This document shows positions 1-12,720 of a DNA stretch of 64,000 nt, one piece after another. The DNA is from Felis catus (Eukaryota), in NCBI RefSeq assembly GCF_018350175.1, contig NC_058383.1, positions 8,496,001-8,560,000 of the forward strand, given 5' to 3'. The number at the start of each line of letters is the position of its first letter. Positions within the stretch are counted from its first letter, which is position 1. The translations under genes and the position numbers were made by a program. The notes beneath the pieces are model-generated. The model ran no database searches, had not been told where the DNA came from, and worked only from the letters and a program-made list of their open reading frames with translations.

Positions 1-619
1 AGTATTCTGGTCCCGGAGTGTCCCTGGAGGAGACGATATTTTAAGAGTGACCTCTGGGCCTCGTGGAGACCATCAATAACAGAAGGAAGTGGTTTCTGGG
101 GTTCAATGCAGGGGAGACACAGCAGCAAACCCAAGCCACGGAGAATCTGCTCATACGGTCCCCGGCGCCGGCAGAACTGATCCATCAGGGAGATGGGCAG
201 GCAGGACCCTCACGAATTCAGGCAGCAGCAGTGTGGAGTTGGCCTAATTGGGACATGGGCTCAGCTGACGCTGGCCTTCGAACATTCTAGAAAAAAAAAA
301 AAACCAAAACATCTTTCTTAAGCTATACTCAGGATCGCAACGGAGATGCTTAACCTACTCACGGAATGTGATCTCTTTCACTGCGTGAATTCAGACACAC
401 CAAAACTGATATCGTATACCTCGCGAAACCCTTTGGTCCACTTTCCCTCTTTGCTTGGCCTCCTTAGCAGTCCAGCTGTCCGGCCCAGCAAGTGGCCCTC
501 GGGCCATGCGGTAGTCAGAACAACATCACTGGTTGAACTGATTATTTACTGGCTGGTTTGTCATGTACTGAGGCTCCCATGTCCGTCACTGTGTGGGCTG
601 CTTTTCGAGTTTCTTCTCG

Positions 620-720
620 TTGAATCCTTACAACAACCCAAGGCTCTCTATTACCCCCATTTTAGAGATGAGAAAATGGAGGCCACAGGTTATGGACCTG
701 GGATTCCGACCAGACCTGCA
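620..720 (-). mobile_element. MIR fragment
   Basis: 'aatccttacaacaaccc...attacccccattttagagatgagaaaatggaggc' resembles the reverse-complement MIR core. Confidence 0.6.
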
Positions 721-841
721 ACCTTCTTCCTCTTGCTTCTTTCCCCCTGGGGGCCCCCCAGAACCCCCCTGGCCCCATATACCTCACGAAACTCTTTGCC
801 AGACACGGTAAATACAGCTAACCAACCAGATACATTTGTTC

Positions 842-1052
842 TTAATTTTTAATGTTTATTTTATTTTTGAGAGCGAGCGACAGAGAGCAAGCAGGAGACG
901 GGCAGAGAGAGAGGGAGACACAGAAACGGAAGCAGGCTGCAGGCTCCGAGCTGCCAGCATAGAGCCCGATGAGGAGCTCGAACCCACGAACCGTGAGATC
1001 ATGACCTGAGCCAAAGTCTGATGTTTAACCGACTGAGCCCCCCAGGCGCCCC
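842..1052 (-). mobile_element. CAN-SINE (SINEC_Fc-like)
   Basis: Ends '...gactgagccccccaggcgcccc', the reverse complement of the tRNA-derived head; GA-rich region and T-rich tail; degenerate TSD cagata(c/a)attt. Confidence 0.95.
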
Positions 1053-4000
1053 CAGATAAATTTAAAATGACCTCCCCCACCGGCCCCCAGCGCCGAGCCA
1101 TCACCCCCATCCAAAAGTGTGTGTCTCAAGGCCCAGGTGACTTTATTCCCTGGAAGCTCCAGGCTTCTCATGCAAACAAACCCCAGGCCGGTCTGCCCTC
1201 CAGTTCTGGACGTGGCCCAACATTGCAGGGGAAGAGGCTTGGGACCAAGCTGGGATCTGCCCGCGCCCAGCCATCCATTCATTCACTCACTCTTCATCTG
1301 TGAGGCACACGGTGCAAGGCTCCACGGGGACCCGCCATCTGGCTCACCCATGTCTCGGGGAGAGGGGGTCTTAGAGGTTGGTCGATGGGGCCAGATGGAC
1401 ACGGTGGTCCTGGATGAGGAGTGGCCATGGGCCTCCAGAGCTGGGAGCTGGCCCCGGCTGCCCCCTGCCACAGGTGTGGGCCCCCAGGTCGGGCCCCGGA
1501 ATCCCTAGCCCTGCTCTTTGCAGCATTCAGGGCATCAGCCTCCCCCAGCACCGCACCGAGGCTCCCCAAAGAGTAGCCACCAAGCCCCTTCCCCTCAGAG
1601 CTGCCCCGGGGCCCCCCGGGACCTGGGACCAAGGCTGTTGGGTCTCAGAGAGGATCTGCCTGCCTCTTACTCGGCCTGGCCCCCCCTCCCCAGGATGAGA
1701 GGCAGTAGGAGAAGAGAAACGTCCATTCCTCCTTTGTGCTGACAGACAGACAGACAGACTGACTCGTGTCTGTCACAACAAGGTGGCGGGTTTCCCAGGG
1801 TCCCCTCCACCGTGGTGATGAGGATGGGGTGTGGCCTCCAGGGGTGCAGAACACAGGCGGGGCACGGGGGTCACCGGTTCCCACCCTGGGCCACCCAGCC
1901 GTCCCCCCACGGGACCCCGCTGGCTGGTGAACTCTCCGTGGCTCCTGGAGAGCCACTGCCCTCACCTTCCCGAAGGGCGCCTTGCGGGGCCGAGAGGTGG
2001 GGAAAGAGTGGAGCATTATTGTGCACTTTTTCTTAAGTCTGTGATAAGCTCCTTCTATTAGACTATAGATCTCGTCACATAAAATAGATTTGTGGACTCA
2101 CAGCCAGGGAGAGCCACGTTCCCGAGCCGTGGAAATGGCTCATTTTTCCCCTCTTCCTTGAGTAACTGATGGTCATGAATTTTTCACCCAAATGTCGCCA
2201 CTAAAGATGTCACCAGCCTCCCTCCCCTGGAGATTTTATGATCTGGCTCTAATGGGGTGGGGGTGGGGGGCACCAGCGGAAGGGGGCTGTGTGCTGGGGC
2301 CAGAAAGGGAACTGGGGGTGTAGGGGAGTAGGGGGCCGAGGGCCAGAGGCCGGGGTCTGCATTCCAGCCGGCAACAGAGCCGGGCTTACCTAGCGGTCGC
2401 CGTGTGGCCCACCCGCCATCGTGTCTCATCTGACAACAGCCTGGTGAGGGGGGGTGGCGGATGGGCTGGGACCCAGAGGAGGCTGAGAAACTTGCCTAAG
2501 GTCACAAAGCTTCTTAAAGCCACAGAACCACAGGCAAACCCAGCTCCCGAAGAGCCCCAGAGCCTGGGCTACTGGGGGCCGTGTTTCACTGCCCCCGTCA
2601 CAGACTCAGGACCTGGGCTGGGTCGCCCCCCTCCCCCCATCCTGGCGAAGGATCTTGACAAGCAAGCAGCACAACCTACGGGGCAGCAGGGCTGAGAGGT
2701 AAGGCATGTGCTTGCATCCGTCCTAGATGGAAGCGTGAACTCGCCAGCAAGGGTCACGGTCAAAGTCACAGTCCCGAAGGAAACAGCCTTTCCATCCTCA
2801 GGGTTAAACGCTGAGAAATTGAGATGCTCCTTGAGACACAAGGTGTGTTTTCCTTTTGGGTGGCATCCCTCCCTGTCCGGGGAGAGGGGACAGAACTGGG
2901 ACTGAAGCACGCACCGTCTCCCTCGCTCGTGGGGGCAGGGGACGTAGGCTCCCCGTCGCCAATGCCCGTGGCACCAGAAGGGATGGGACCACGGCCCTCT
3001 ACCCTCTGGGGAGGGCTGGGTTGCCGGATCGAAGGAGAAGGGCCTGGGAAGCAGAAGGAGAGAGCCGAGTGTGGGGAGGGAGAATGTCCTTGGGTTACCG
3101 CCCCCCCAAAGTTGAGGTCCGTGGAGTTGGCTGCCCTTAGGTCGTGCAAGGGGAAGAGAGGGTTGGATGAGGGCCCACTCCCTGGTCCTCCTCCCCGAGC
3201 CACGTGTCAGAGTTAAATTATGAAGGTCCCTCCATCACAGCGCAGCTTGGATTCCAGAGACTGCCACCAAGCAGGAGAGACCAGGAGAGGGGTTTCAACG
3301 GGGGGACAGGGTGGGGGTCCAGCAGAGAAAAGAGCTGAAGTTGCCCTGCCCCGGCTAACTATGCGGAATCCTCGCCATCCCGGCCATGTTGAGCCAGCAG
3401 GACCCTCGGACTGGGAGATGACGTCTCAGCTGCCAGGCGTCAGGTAAGTAGAAGGTTCTCGGCTTCCACCCCTGCCGTCCCCGCCCGAGCTCTGCAGGGC
3501 CGGAAGAGGGGAGCCCTGTGTGCCTGGGGGTGGGGGGGGGGGCCGCTGAAAGCTGGAGTAAAGGGAGCAAGTCTTCAAAGCAACCACCAGAGCCTTTCAG
3601 GGCTGGAAAGGACAGAATAGCATCCAATGCTTGCGTCTTTTCACGGCCTCCCAGGCAGGGAAACCGCCGGCCCTCGCGCTCACCCTACCAGTGACGGGGA
3701 ACTTACCGCCTCCTAAGTCCAGTCGGTCCCATCTGCTTACAGCTCGGGCTGGAGAATGAGATGGAATCAGCCCCTCAGGGTCTCCTCAGAGCCATTCTTC
3801 TGGGGACTCACGGGGACCCCTCGGGGCCCTGCAGACAGCGGTCCTCCAGCGGCGCAACGGCACCACATATAAGAAGGGCCAGCTTCACGGTTCCCGGACC
3901 ACCCTCGCGACCGCTGTCTACACAACACACAGGCCTTTGAGGCGGGAAGCCCAGGCCCGGGTCACTGTTCAGTCTTTCAGATGAGGACCTCGGGCCACAG

Positions 4001-5187
4001 GTGGAGGCGGTGCAGGAGGGGTCTGGAGGAGCGAGGCTCTGTCCCCCGCACTGCATCTCTGTGCCCCGTCCCCGCCACCGTCTTCTGGTCCCAGCCTCAG
4101 GGCACCTGCTCAGAACCCGGCTCCGTGCAGTCTCGGCTCCCGCTGTGAGTCCAGCCCTGGCCCTGCCCTAAGCCCTCCGGTCACACTCTGCCAGAATCCA
4201 GGCCACCGCCTGGGGACCCAGGGTTACCTGAGGAGGCCCCCGGAGCCCTGGTTCCAGTCCCCTGGCCCTCCCCCACCTCACGTCAGCTTCCTCCTCTGGA
4301 AGATGAAGGAAACCCCCCCCCATCTGCATCCGTCTGTGGCTCATCGGTACCCACTGTAACAGCCCTTTGAGACTCGTTGCCCATGAAATTGCCGGGGCCT
4401 GGCGTTCAGGGTTGGCGGGGGGCAGGTCAGCCAGGCCCAGGAAGCCACGGTGAGGTGTCCAGGAAGGAGCGATGATGGCCCTTCAGCTCTCCCGGACAAG
4501 AGTCCGGGACAAGTGGGGGTCTGGGCCCTCAGCCACTCTGCAGAGCCCTCTTCCAAGGGTGAGGGGGCCCATGGCCGCCAGGAGGCAAGGCTGAGGGGTG
4601 GGGCCAATGGGAGGAGGAGAGAAATCCAACGCGGAGCGCCTAGAAGGAACTAGAAAATGCCCACGGACTGATTGACACTTTACAAGACTCACACCCTTTG
4701 CACGTGGCGCTCGGACTGCAGCCAGATGATTGCCCTATAAATGAGTAAGGAACATGTTGACGGATTCACGACCAGGAGGACTCGAGCCTGAGACGGGTAA
4801 ACAGGTGATTACAGTGCAGCCCAGTAGCTCGAATGGACGCCTGGAGAGGAGAGCTCACTCAGGTGCAGGCCGGGCAAGTTGCTAACTCTGCCCGGGGGGC
4901 GAGGAGATGGCCGGGAAGACTTCCTGGAAGAGGGGACACCCGGTTTATAGGCATCAGCTAGCGGCACTTAGACTGCACTAGTCCTAATGGCAGAGCTCAG
5001 CTGACACCTTGAGGTGGGTCCGTTGTGCGGAGCAGAAAGCGGCCGGGTCCGTCGCCAAGGGAAGAGGGTTGGGGGCAAGCTCAGAATCACTTTGAAGCTT
5101 TAGAGAGTCATCTTGGAAATACACGTGAAAGTTGCATTCTGCTCCACAGTATAGCCTTCGTTCTCAGAGAAAAACAGGGTTTAAAAA

Positions 5188-5398
5188 ATTGTTTTTAATG
5201 TTTACTTATTTATTTATTGTGAGAGAGACGGAGGCAGAGCGTGAGCAGGGGAGGGACAGAGAGAGACACACAGAACCCGAAGCAGGCTCCAGGCTCCCAG
5301 CTGTCAGCACAGAGCCGACGTGGGGCTCGAACTCACAAGCAAGACCGTGACCTGAGCCAAAGCCGGATGCTTAACCGACTGACCCACCCGGGTGCCCT
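5188..5398 (-). mobile_element. CAN-SINE
   Basis: Reverse-complement SINEC body 'gaagcaggctccaggctcccagctgtcagcacagagcc'. Confidence 0.95.
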
Positions 5399-5788
5399 GG
5401 AAAACACGTTTTCAAATTGCTTACCACATTCATGAGTAGATGGATCAATGGGACAGAAAGAAAGCCTAGAAATACACCCCCAAACACTGGAAGTGAGGGC
5501 GGGACGAAGGCGGCTAAGAAGGGAGGCAAAGACAGGAATTTCAATCCATGGTGTTGGCACAACAAGGAAGCCATCTGGTGACCAATCAGGCTGGATCTCA
5601 GCCTCACCAGAGAGCCCCCGGGACAAACTCCAAAGAGATCTGAGATTTAGATGTAGAAATTGAAATCCTCAGACAATCAGAGGAAAACGTGATTGACTCC
5701 CTTTACAACCGTGGCACGCGGAAAGTCTTCCAACGATGACTTGAAATTCAGAAGCTGGAAAGGATGATCAATTAAATGACTAATAACA

Positions 5789-5984
5789 GGGGCGCCTGGG
5801 TGGCTCAGTCGGCTCAGGCCATGACTTCACGGTTTGTGGGTTCGAGTCCCACGTTGGGATCTGTGCTGACAGCCCGGAGCCTGGAGCCTGTTTCAGATTC
5901 TGTGTCTCCCTCTCTCTCTGACCCTCCCCCGTTCATGCTCTCTCTCTGTCTCAAAAATAAATAAACGTTAAAAAAATTTTTTTT
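5789..5984 (+). mobile_element. CAN-SINE with internal deletion
   Basis: Head ggggcgcctgggtggctcagtcgg; TSD aaatgactaataaca / aaaagactaataata. Confidence 0.95.
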
Positions 5985-8239
5985 AAAAGACTAATAATAG
6001 ATAAAGAGACACAAGCGGCCTTTAAACATTGGAAAAGATAGTCCACCTCGTTCCCATTAAGAGAAGTATGAAGAAAAACCATACCAAGGATCCCATTTTT
6101 TACCCATCAGGCAAATATCCAAAGCGTGACGACACAGCCTCTCGGTAAGGCTGTCACACTGGGAACCAGGTGCTCTCCTAGGTCGCTATGAATGCAAGAC
6201 GATACGACCCTGATAAAAGATGATTTAGGCATTTTTATCATAGATGCAGATGGGTTGACCCCTGAGCCGACGATCCCACTGCTTGGGAATTCAATCCACA
6301 GGTACACGTTGAGCACGTGAGAAACGCGTGTGTATGCACAACCCAAGGGTCTACGTGAAAGGAGAAGTGAATTAAAGCATGGTACAGCCACGAGTGGACC
6401 TCGTGAGGGGGAGGAGGAGGAGGGGGAGGAGGAAGAAGGAGGAGGCAGCTTTGCATAAGCAGAAGTCTCCCGTGTGTACCATTAGGTAAAACACAAGAAG
6501 TCGAACAGCATATATGTATGCAAACACCCACCACTTGATGCATTTACGTAGAAATACCCGGAGGATACACAAGAGATCCTAAGGGTTTCTCTAGGAAGCA
6601 GGGGGTTGGGATGCGGGGACGTGGAGGGAAACGTGACTTGCATTTCCAGAAAGAAAACTTGCCAGGTGAACACCGATGTTTATCAGGTATCTGGCAGTCT
6701 GTTTAGCCCTAGACACCAAGTCCTAGATCCACAGGAATCTGTCCCTCTCCGTTTGGGGAGAAAGAGCTGTAGGCAGTGGGGAGGGTCCTAGGAGGGGTAG
6801 GCACGTGTGGGCAAGAAAGCCCACAACCCTGTGACCAGGGCTTGGGATCAACGGACATCCCTGCAGGGCAAGGGGACCTGTGGCCGGAGCCCTGGGGGCC
6901 GCTCTGGGTCAAGAAGGGACCTCCTCGGGGCCCCAAGCTGTCACAACCCCGCATGCCCAATGTCCAAGCTCCCTGGAAGCAGCTTAGCGCGGGCTCCCGG
7001 CTTCTGTGCAGACTGCTTTCTGCTAAGGAGGATTCTGATTCGGGGAGAGGGGCCACATCAGCGAGCTCAGTAAGCCCACGGCGGCCAGTCTCTGAGCCCA
7101 GGGCCTGTCAGCCGTCATGATGGTAGGTGGCTGAGCAGCTCTGGTGGGTGACCTGGTGGGTGTCCCTCTCCTCTCTCTCAAAATGACTTCTCGCCAGCCG
7201 CGGACAAGGGTTAGATAGGGAAGAAGGGAATGCTAGATGGCTCTCCATGCCCCACCTCCTTCAGGAAGTCTTCCTGGATTCATCGAGACGGGAGGACATC
7301 TTTTCAGAGGCCCTCTGCTGGGCCACAACCTGTCCAGGGCTAGGACCCTTGACCCTGACGGCACACGGTCACCATCCCATGACCCTCCCGTCAGCCCTGG
7401 CACGTCAGGCCCCCCGGCCAGGAGCGCGCAGCCCCTCACCATCGGGCCCCAGCATGGGTGGGGCTCTGTCCAGAGAAACACGCCATCAAGAGCGCTCTGC
7501 AGACTTTAAAGGGCTGTGCATCAGTCGTGTCTCCCTGGGGGTGGGAGGGAGGCAGAGGGGGAGGTGCTTCCCCCACCACGGGCCTGAGTTTTACTGCCCC
7601 ACTAAATGCCGTGTTCGCTTGCACCCCGCCCGGCGGCTTGTACACGCCTGTACACGGAAGACTGTAATTTCTCTGCATGAATCACAGGCAGGATCACACC
7701 CAAGTTACCGGCACTCCGCTCCTTGGGGGGGGCTGGCCAGGCAGTCGCCTTTGTCTTCCAATTATGCCGTGTTTTATTGCTCTTTTAACCGTAGCAGAAA
7801 CACCCAAAGAGGCAGGGTCTGGAAGGCAATTAATGACATATGGAATAGCCACGCAAAACCACGGGGTTCGGGGCCCGAAGGAAGCGCTGTGTCTGGACAC
7901 GGCACGGGCCCTCCGGGTGGGTGCGGGGTGGCGGCTGGCGCACGTGCTTCCCCATCCTGCAGGCCTGCATTCAAACCTTGCCTCTGGTGCTAACCCGCTG
8001 TGTGACCCCGGACAAGGAACTTCACCTCTCTGAGCCTGCGTTTGCTTTCCTATAGAACGGCACCACTCCCAGTGGGGTGGATGATTGAGCTGACGGCAGA
8101 CATTCCATCAATGCTGAGTCCTGCAAAGGCCCTCCTACGGTTTAGTTTTACAAACATCTTTCCTGTCCCTCCAACTCCGTCAATGTCTACCGTGCACACA
8201 GTAGGTACACAGGGCTGTGGAAAGAGCCCGCGTTTTGGA

Positions 8240-8860
8240 GGCCACTTTTCATCCATTCCGTAAATATTAACCAAATACCTTGATGCGCCAGGTGCTGGGG
8301 ATCTGGAGACCCAGTCCCTGCCCTTGAGGGGCTCACAGTCCAGCCAGGGAGGAGACTCAGAGTAATAACAGGGGAGACAAGGCAGGTGGCAAGCCCCACG
8401 ATCAAGGGAAGCCCAAGGGGGCTCTGCCCTCCCTCCCGAGCAGGCCCCAGACAGGCCAGAGGGCTCAGAAGCAACCCTAGGGTGATGCATGCCTGACTCT
8501 GTGCCCTGGAGGAAGAGTCAGAGTGAGCCAGAAAAGGACTGTAGTGTTTCACACAGGAAAACAACATGTGCAAAGGTCCTGAGGCAAAACACCGCCGGAG
8601 CCTAAAGGGAAGGATGGGGAGAGCCGAGGCCTGAAGAGCCCCTGAGGCGAGATCCCAAAGGGCCTTTTCAGCCAGGCGAAGGCCTTTGAGGTTTGAGTTC
8701 AATCTAGAGGGCACCAGGAGCCCTGCAAAGGATTTGAAAGTCTTCTGGTGCTATGGCATATCAAGGGCGGGGCCAAATGTGAATTTTGAGGCCAAGGGTG
8801 GAGGCAGAGGCAGTGCAGAGGCCAGGGCAGCGATCCAGGCAAAAGACAGACAGGGCTTGA
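8240..8860 (-). mobile_element. L2 fragment(s)
   Basis: 'ccagtccctgcccttgaggggctcacagtccagccaggga' and 'aacaacatgtgcaaaggtcctgaggca' are typical of the reverse-complement L2 3' region. Confidence 0.65.
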
Positions 8861-9129
8861 ATCCCTCCTCAGCCACTTACTGGCCTCGGGTAAGTCCTCT
8901 CCTGCTCCTGACCACGGTTCCTCGTTCCTAAATCTCAGCCGTGCCGCCTAGTTCCCAAGGTGGCAAGATTTAACAGGGACAAAAAGAGGGACTCAGCCAC
9001 ACGGAGAGAAATAAAGAAATGGAGAGAAAGGGTACTTCCTCCAGGCACCAGAATGCCACTCGACCCTGCAGGAGGAAAGAAGGAAACAGAAAAGTGGTCA
9101 GTGAACCAACGACCCGGCAATGCTTGTTG

Positions 9130-9790
9130 CAAGTAAGATCCGCCAATGGATGGTGTTAACATTGATGGACAAAAGGTTCGAGAGACATGGGAGATGCCTG
9201 GCCTCAAAGTATCACTCTCCAGATATTTATTTGCTCACGACGGGGGAAGGACAGTAACTTTACAAGGAGACACCTGGCCGGCACGCTGTGGCCAAGCGAT
9301 GGAGGCTAACGTGACAAGGCATCCGGCCACGAGGCGCCGAGAAGGACACACGACTGTTCTTGTGGCATTCCCGCTAAAACGCGTCACCTCGCTCCAATCG
9401 GGAGAACACTCAGGACAAACCCAGACTGAGGCAAACTCAACAGAATAACTGATCGGGACTCTCCCAGAGCGTCAAGGCTGTAAAGATGAATTGGGATCAA
9501 GGAACTGCTAGCAACCGGAGGAGAAATGACAGCTGAAAAGCAACGTGGGGTCCTGGCTAGGGTCCGGGGCCCGCAAGGGGTCGGCAGTGGCCAGTCAAGT
9601 GACGCTGGAGCGCGATCTGCGGTTTACTCACTCACGTAGGATTGTGCCAATGCTAATGTCCTGCTCTGGGTCATCGTACTGCAGTCGTATAAGGTGCTCA
9701 CGTTAGGGGAAGCCGGCTGAAAGATACATAGGAACTCTACCTGTTTTTTGTAAGTTTTCCGCGTTAAGCCTGCCATGAGCTTAAAACAAA
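9130..9790 (+). mobile_element. Old L1MC-like 3' UTR fragment
   Basis: 'atcaggacaaacccagactgagg' and 'catagaactctacctgttttttgtaagttttcc'-like motifs resemble an L1MC 3' UTR. Confidence 0.6.
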
Positions 9791-9848
9791 CAGTTTCGTT
9801 GGCTTTTGTGTTTTGTTTTGTTTTTGTATGTTTTTTAAAGGACCATCT

Positions 9849-9985
9849 CAGTGGTTCTTAACCTTGGAAACACAATTTGAATCACTTAGAGGAGGCCCAG
9901 GCCCCTCCTCAGACCAGCTGGATCAGCATCTCCGGGGGAGGAACCGAGGGCAGGAATAGTTTACAAGCCTCCGGGATGCCATTTA
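9849..9985. mobile_element. MER5A-like hAT MITE fragment
   Basis: Starts 'cagtggttcttaaccttgg', contains 'gaatcacttagagg' and 'gatcagcatctccgggg'. Confidence 0.6.
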
Positions 9986-10109
9986 CAGCGCGGGGGGAAG
10001 GGTGGGCTGTCTGCAGAGGAAGGGTGGGCCATCTGCAATCACTTGGCCCCTCGCAGGCCTTCAGTAAATCATCATCTACCCACATAAATGTGTTAAGTTT
10101 ATCACCTGA

Positions 10110-10750
10110 CACCTTCGTGCATTCAACAAGTGTTATTGAATACCTACTATGTGCCCGACACGGCAAGGGTGCAGTGATGGACAAGAGAGACAAGATCCTC
10201 ATGGATCCCCTCATGGGGGAGACAAACCATAAAAAAGGGAGATCATTACACATGACGGGGACTCTAAAGGAAATTAGGAGACACAGCAGAAAGTAACCGG
10301 AGAGGTGGGAGCTCCCATTTGATGGAGTAGTTCAGGAGGGCATCCCGGAGGAGGTAACAGTTAAACTGGAATGATGGGAAGGACAGAACCAGGAGAAGAG
10401 ACAGTGGGGGGTGGAGGAGCACTTGCTACAAAGAGAACAGCAGGTGCCAGAGCCCTGAGGCAGCCCCGAAGCTGGAGGGAGGGGGAAGCACTGGAGAGGG
10501 AGTCACCACCGACAAGGAGTCTGGATTTCATTCTTGGTGCAATGGAGAGACTTCAGTAAGCATTGCAGCAGGTTCGGTCGGGTGGGAGGACCATCTTTGA
10601 TCTGGTTTAGGATTTTAAAAGATCTCTAGAAAGCAAAAAGATCACTCTAGCTGCCAGGTGGAGACTGAATTGTCGGGAGGCTCCTCACTCTGTCTGGGAG
10701 AGAGATGACGGTGGCTTGGACTCAGGGAGGTGACAACAGAGGAGATGCCA
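10110..10750 (-). mobile_element. L2 3' fragment
   Basis: 'cattcaacaagtgttattgaatacctactatgtgcc' is the reverse complement of the L2 3' end. Confidence 0.75.
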
Positions 10751-12339
10751 ACCCACTGAAACAGGCCCCTTGGCCGCCCAGCCCCCACCAGCCCCGAGGC
10801 TGGGTAGCAGAATCAAATCGCCCTTGCGCGTTCAGCCTACTGTTTGAGCCCTATTGCCCCCCCAGCCAGAGCCGTCGTGGCCACAAGGTCCCCTCCTGTA
10901 GAGGCACCCACACACCTTAACGGACCACATCTCACACTCGCCCCGTCAGCACGTGTTCTCAGAGTCCCTAATACTGATGGGGAAACTCAAGCTCAGAGAG
11001 GCAAAGGCATTCACTCAACACCACACAACAAGTGAAATCCAGGACTGACGGTTCCACCGCCCGGGGCTGGGTCCCCGATTCGGGCCCACCTCCTTCCTCT
11101 GAGCCAGGAGGGTGAGAGGACTTGTTGGCAGAAAGCTGCCCAGTGGTCTTGACGAACAGGAGCAGGACTGAGAGCCCAAGCTAGGCTGGGTCCACACAGC
11201 CTGAAGGTGGCAGCACGTTCATCTCCGGAGTGCCCAGGGCCTCAGCCGAGAGAAGCCAGGCTCCCAGGAAAGCCGTTCTTACTAAAGTGTGAATGACTGA
11301 TAGTTAGCCCTTTCCTGAAAGGGGACGCACAATGGGTTCCAGAAGCAGGAGAAACAGGAAGGTACTAAAGATACAAACTTTGTCCCCTCCCATTTGTACC
11401 CTCTTGGCAGCTGTAGCCCCTTGGGGCTCAGTTATTAGCCGCAAACTCCTCCACTTAATTCCCCCAAATCAACAACAGATGTAGGAGCTCAGACTCTCGT
11501 CACCGCCCCCCACTAATGCCTGCAGTCCCCTCCACAGTTGGTGGCTGTCCCTCCTCGGGCTGGGACGCCTCCAGTGACAGGGCCTTATGCTTATCAAGGG
11601 ATCTTACGCTATTTGACATCTCCCAGAAAGTGCTTTCCTATAGGTGTGCGCCCTACAGGTGGGTATAAAGCAAACACAGGGGGGATCAATCGGTTTCCCT
11701 TTAATAGATAAAGAAACTGAGGCACGGAGAGGTGAAGGATTATCCAACGTCATGGGGCAAGAATGGAGCCAGGATGCAAACCCAGGCAGGGGGGTGGGGG
11801 CTGATTCTAGAAACTTCTCTAGCAGGTGGTGGCCTGGTCAGCTTGCCCTGCTCTTAGCTCCCCTTCTAAAGTGTGGTCTCCGGAAGGCCACTGCCGGCCG
11901 GGCTGGGGCGGGAGGCGATGGCATGACAGGGGCACAAGCCGGATTCGATACGAGGCTTCGTCTTTCCCTGGCGGGGGGCAGGGGGTGTCTCAGGACGTCA
12001 CTTCACCTCTCTGAGCTGCACCCTGAGCAAATGAGCCCACAGGCCCGGCTCCCCGTGGGCCCCGACAGACACTCCCTCCCCAGACCGTCCCAGCAGGCTA
12101 AGCACATGCCGGGTTCTCCACGGTGATCATGGGACTCCGGGATGAAGGGACAGTGGAGGCCAGCCTCCCGCCCTCCTCCTCCTCCGGGAGGCCCCACCTG
12201 CCCCTCTGCCCGTTCCCACACTCCTCCACAGCTGAACCAGCCCCTGCCGTGCTCTCCCCAGGCCTCCAAGCCCCCAGCCCCGTCCTCCCACCCAGGCCCC
12301 AGCCGCCTCCATCCAGCTCCCCCACCCCACCCCCCGCCT

Positions 12340-12720
12340 CGCTCCAAAAGGCTGCAGACGCTTCTGAGGGCTGGAACATCTGGCTAATGACGGAGAAAGT
12401 GCTGAGGCGACAGGTTATTTCAACAGTGTCATCATCCGTTGGGTATTTCAACACTCGGTGCTTGTGCAAGAGACATAATGGGACCTGTCATAAACTCACG
12501 CTGTCTCAAAGCTCAGGCACGTCGCGGCGGGGCTGACGGGGAGCTGTTGGGGTTTAGCAATTGGTGCTGTCTTGGGGCCTGCAGCCTCCTTAGGGTTATT
12601 TTGGCTCCACCGTGGAAGGCCCTGGAGAGAAATCTCAAGGTGTCAGAGAAAACCCAAAGCAATTACCTCTTGGGGTAATTAGATCGTGGCAGAGATAGAT
12701 AGCCCGCCTTCCTGCCTTCC
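12340..12720. promoter_or_regulatory. Candidate enhancer / conserved non-coding element
   Basis: Non-repetitive block with lower GC; TAAT cores, AGGTGTCA (12638-12645), TATTTCAACA twice, inverted repeat 12661-12680. Confidence 0.4.

Larger units (their letters stand above)
5100..6700 (+). mobile_element. Old L1M fragment (ORF2 3' end and 3' UTR), interrupted by two SINEs
   Basis: 'gatggatcaatgggacagaaagaaagcctagaaatacaccc' and 'gatcccactgcttgggaattcaatcc' resemble the L1 ORF2 C-terminal region. Confidence 0.7.

Noticed and set aside
346..852. 168-aa ATG-initiated ORF
   Set aside because: The C-terminal half reads through a MIR (YYPHFRDEKMEA is a typical MIR translation); no family recognised.
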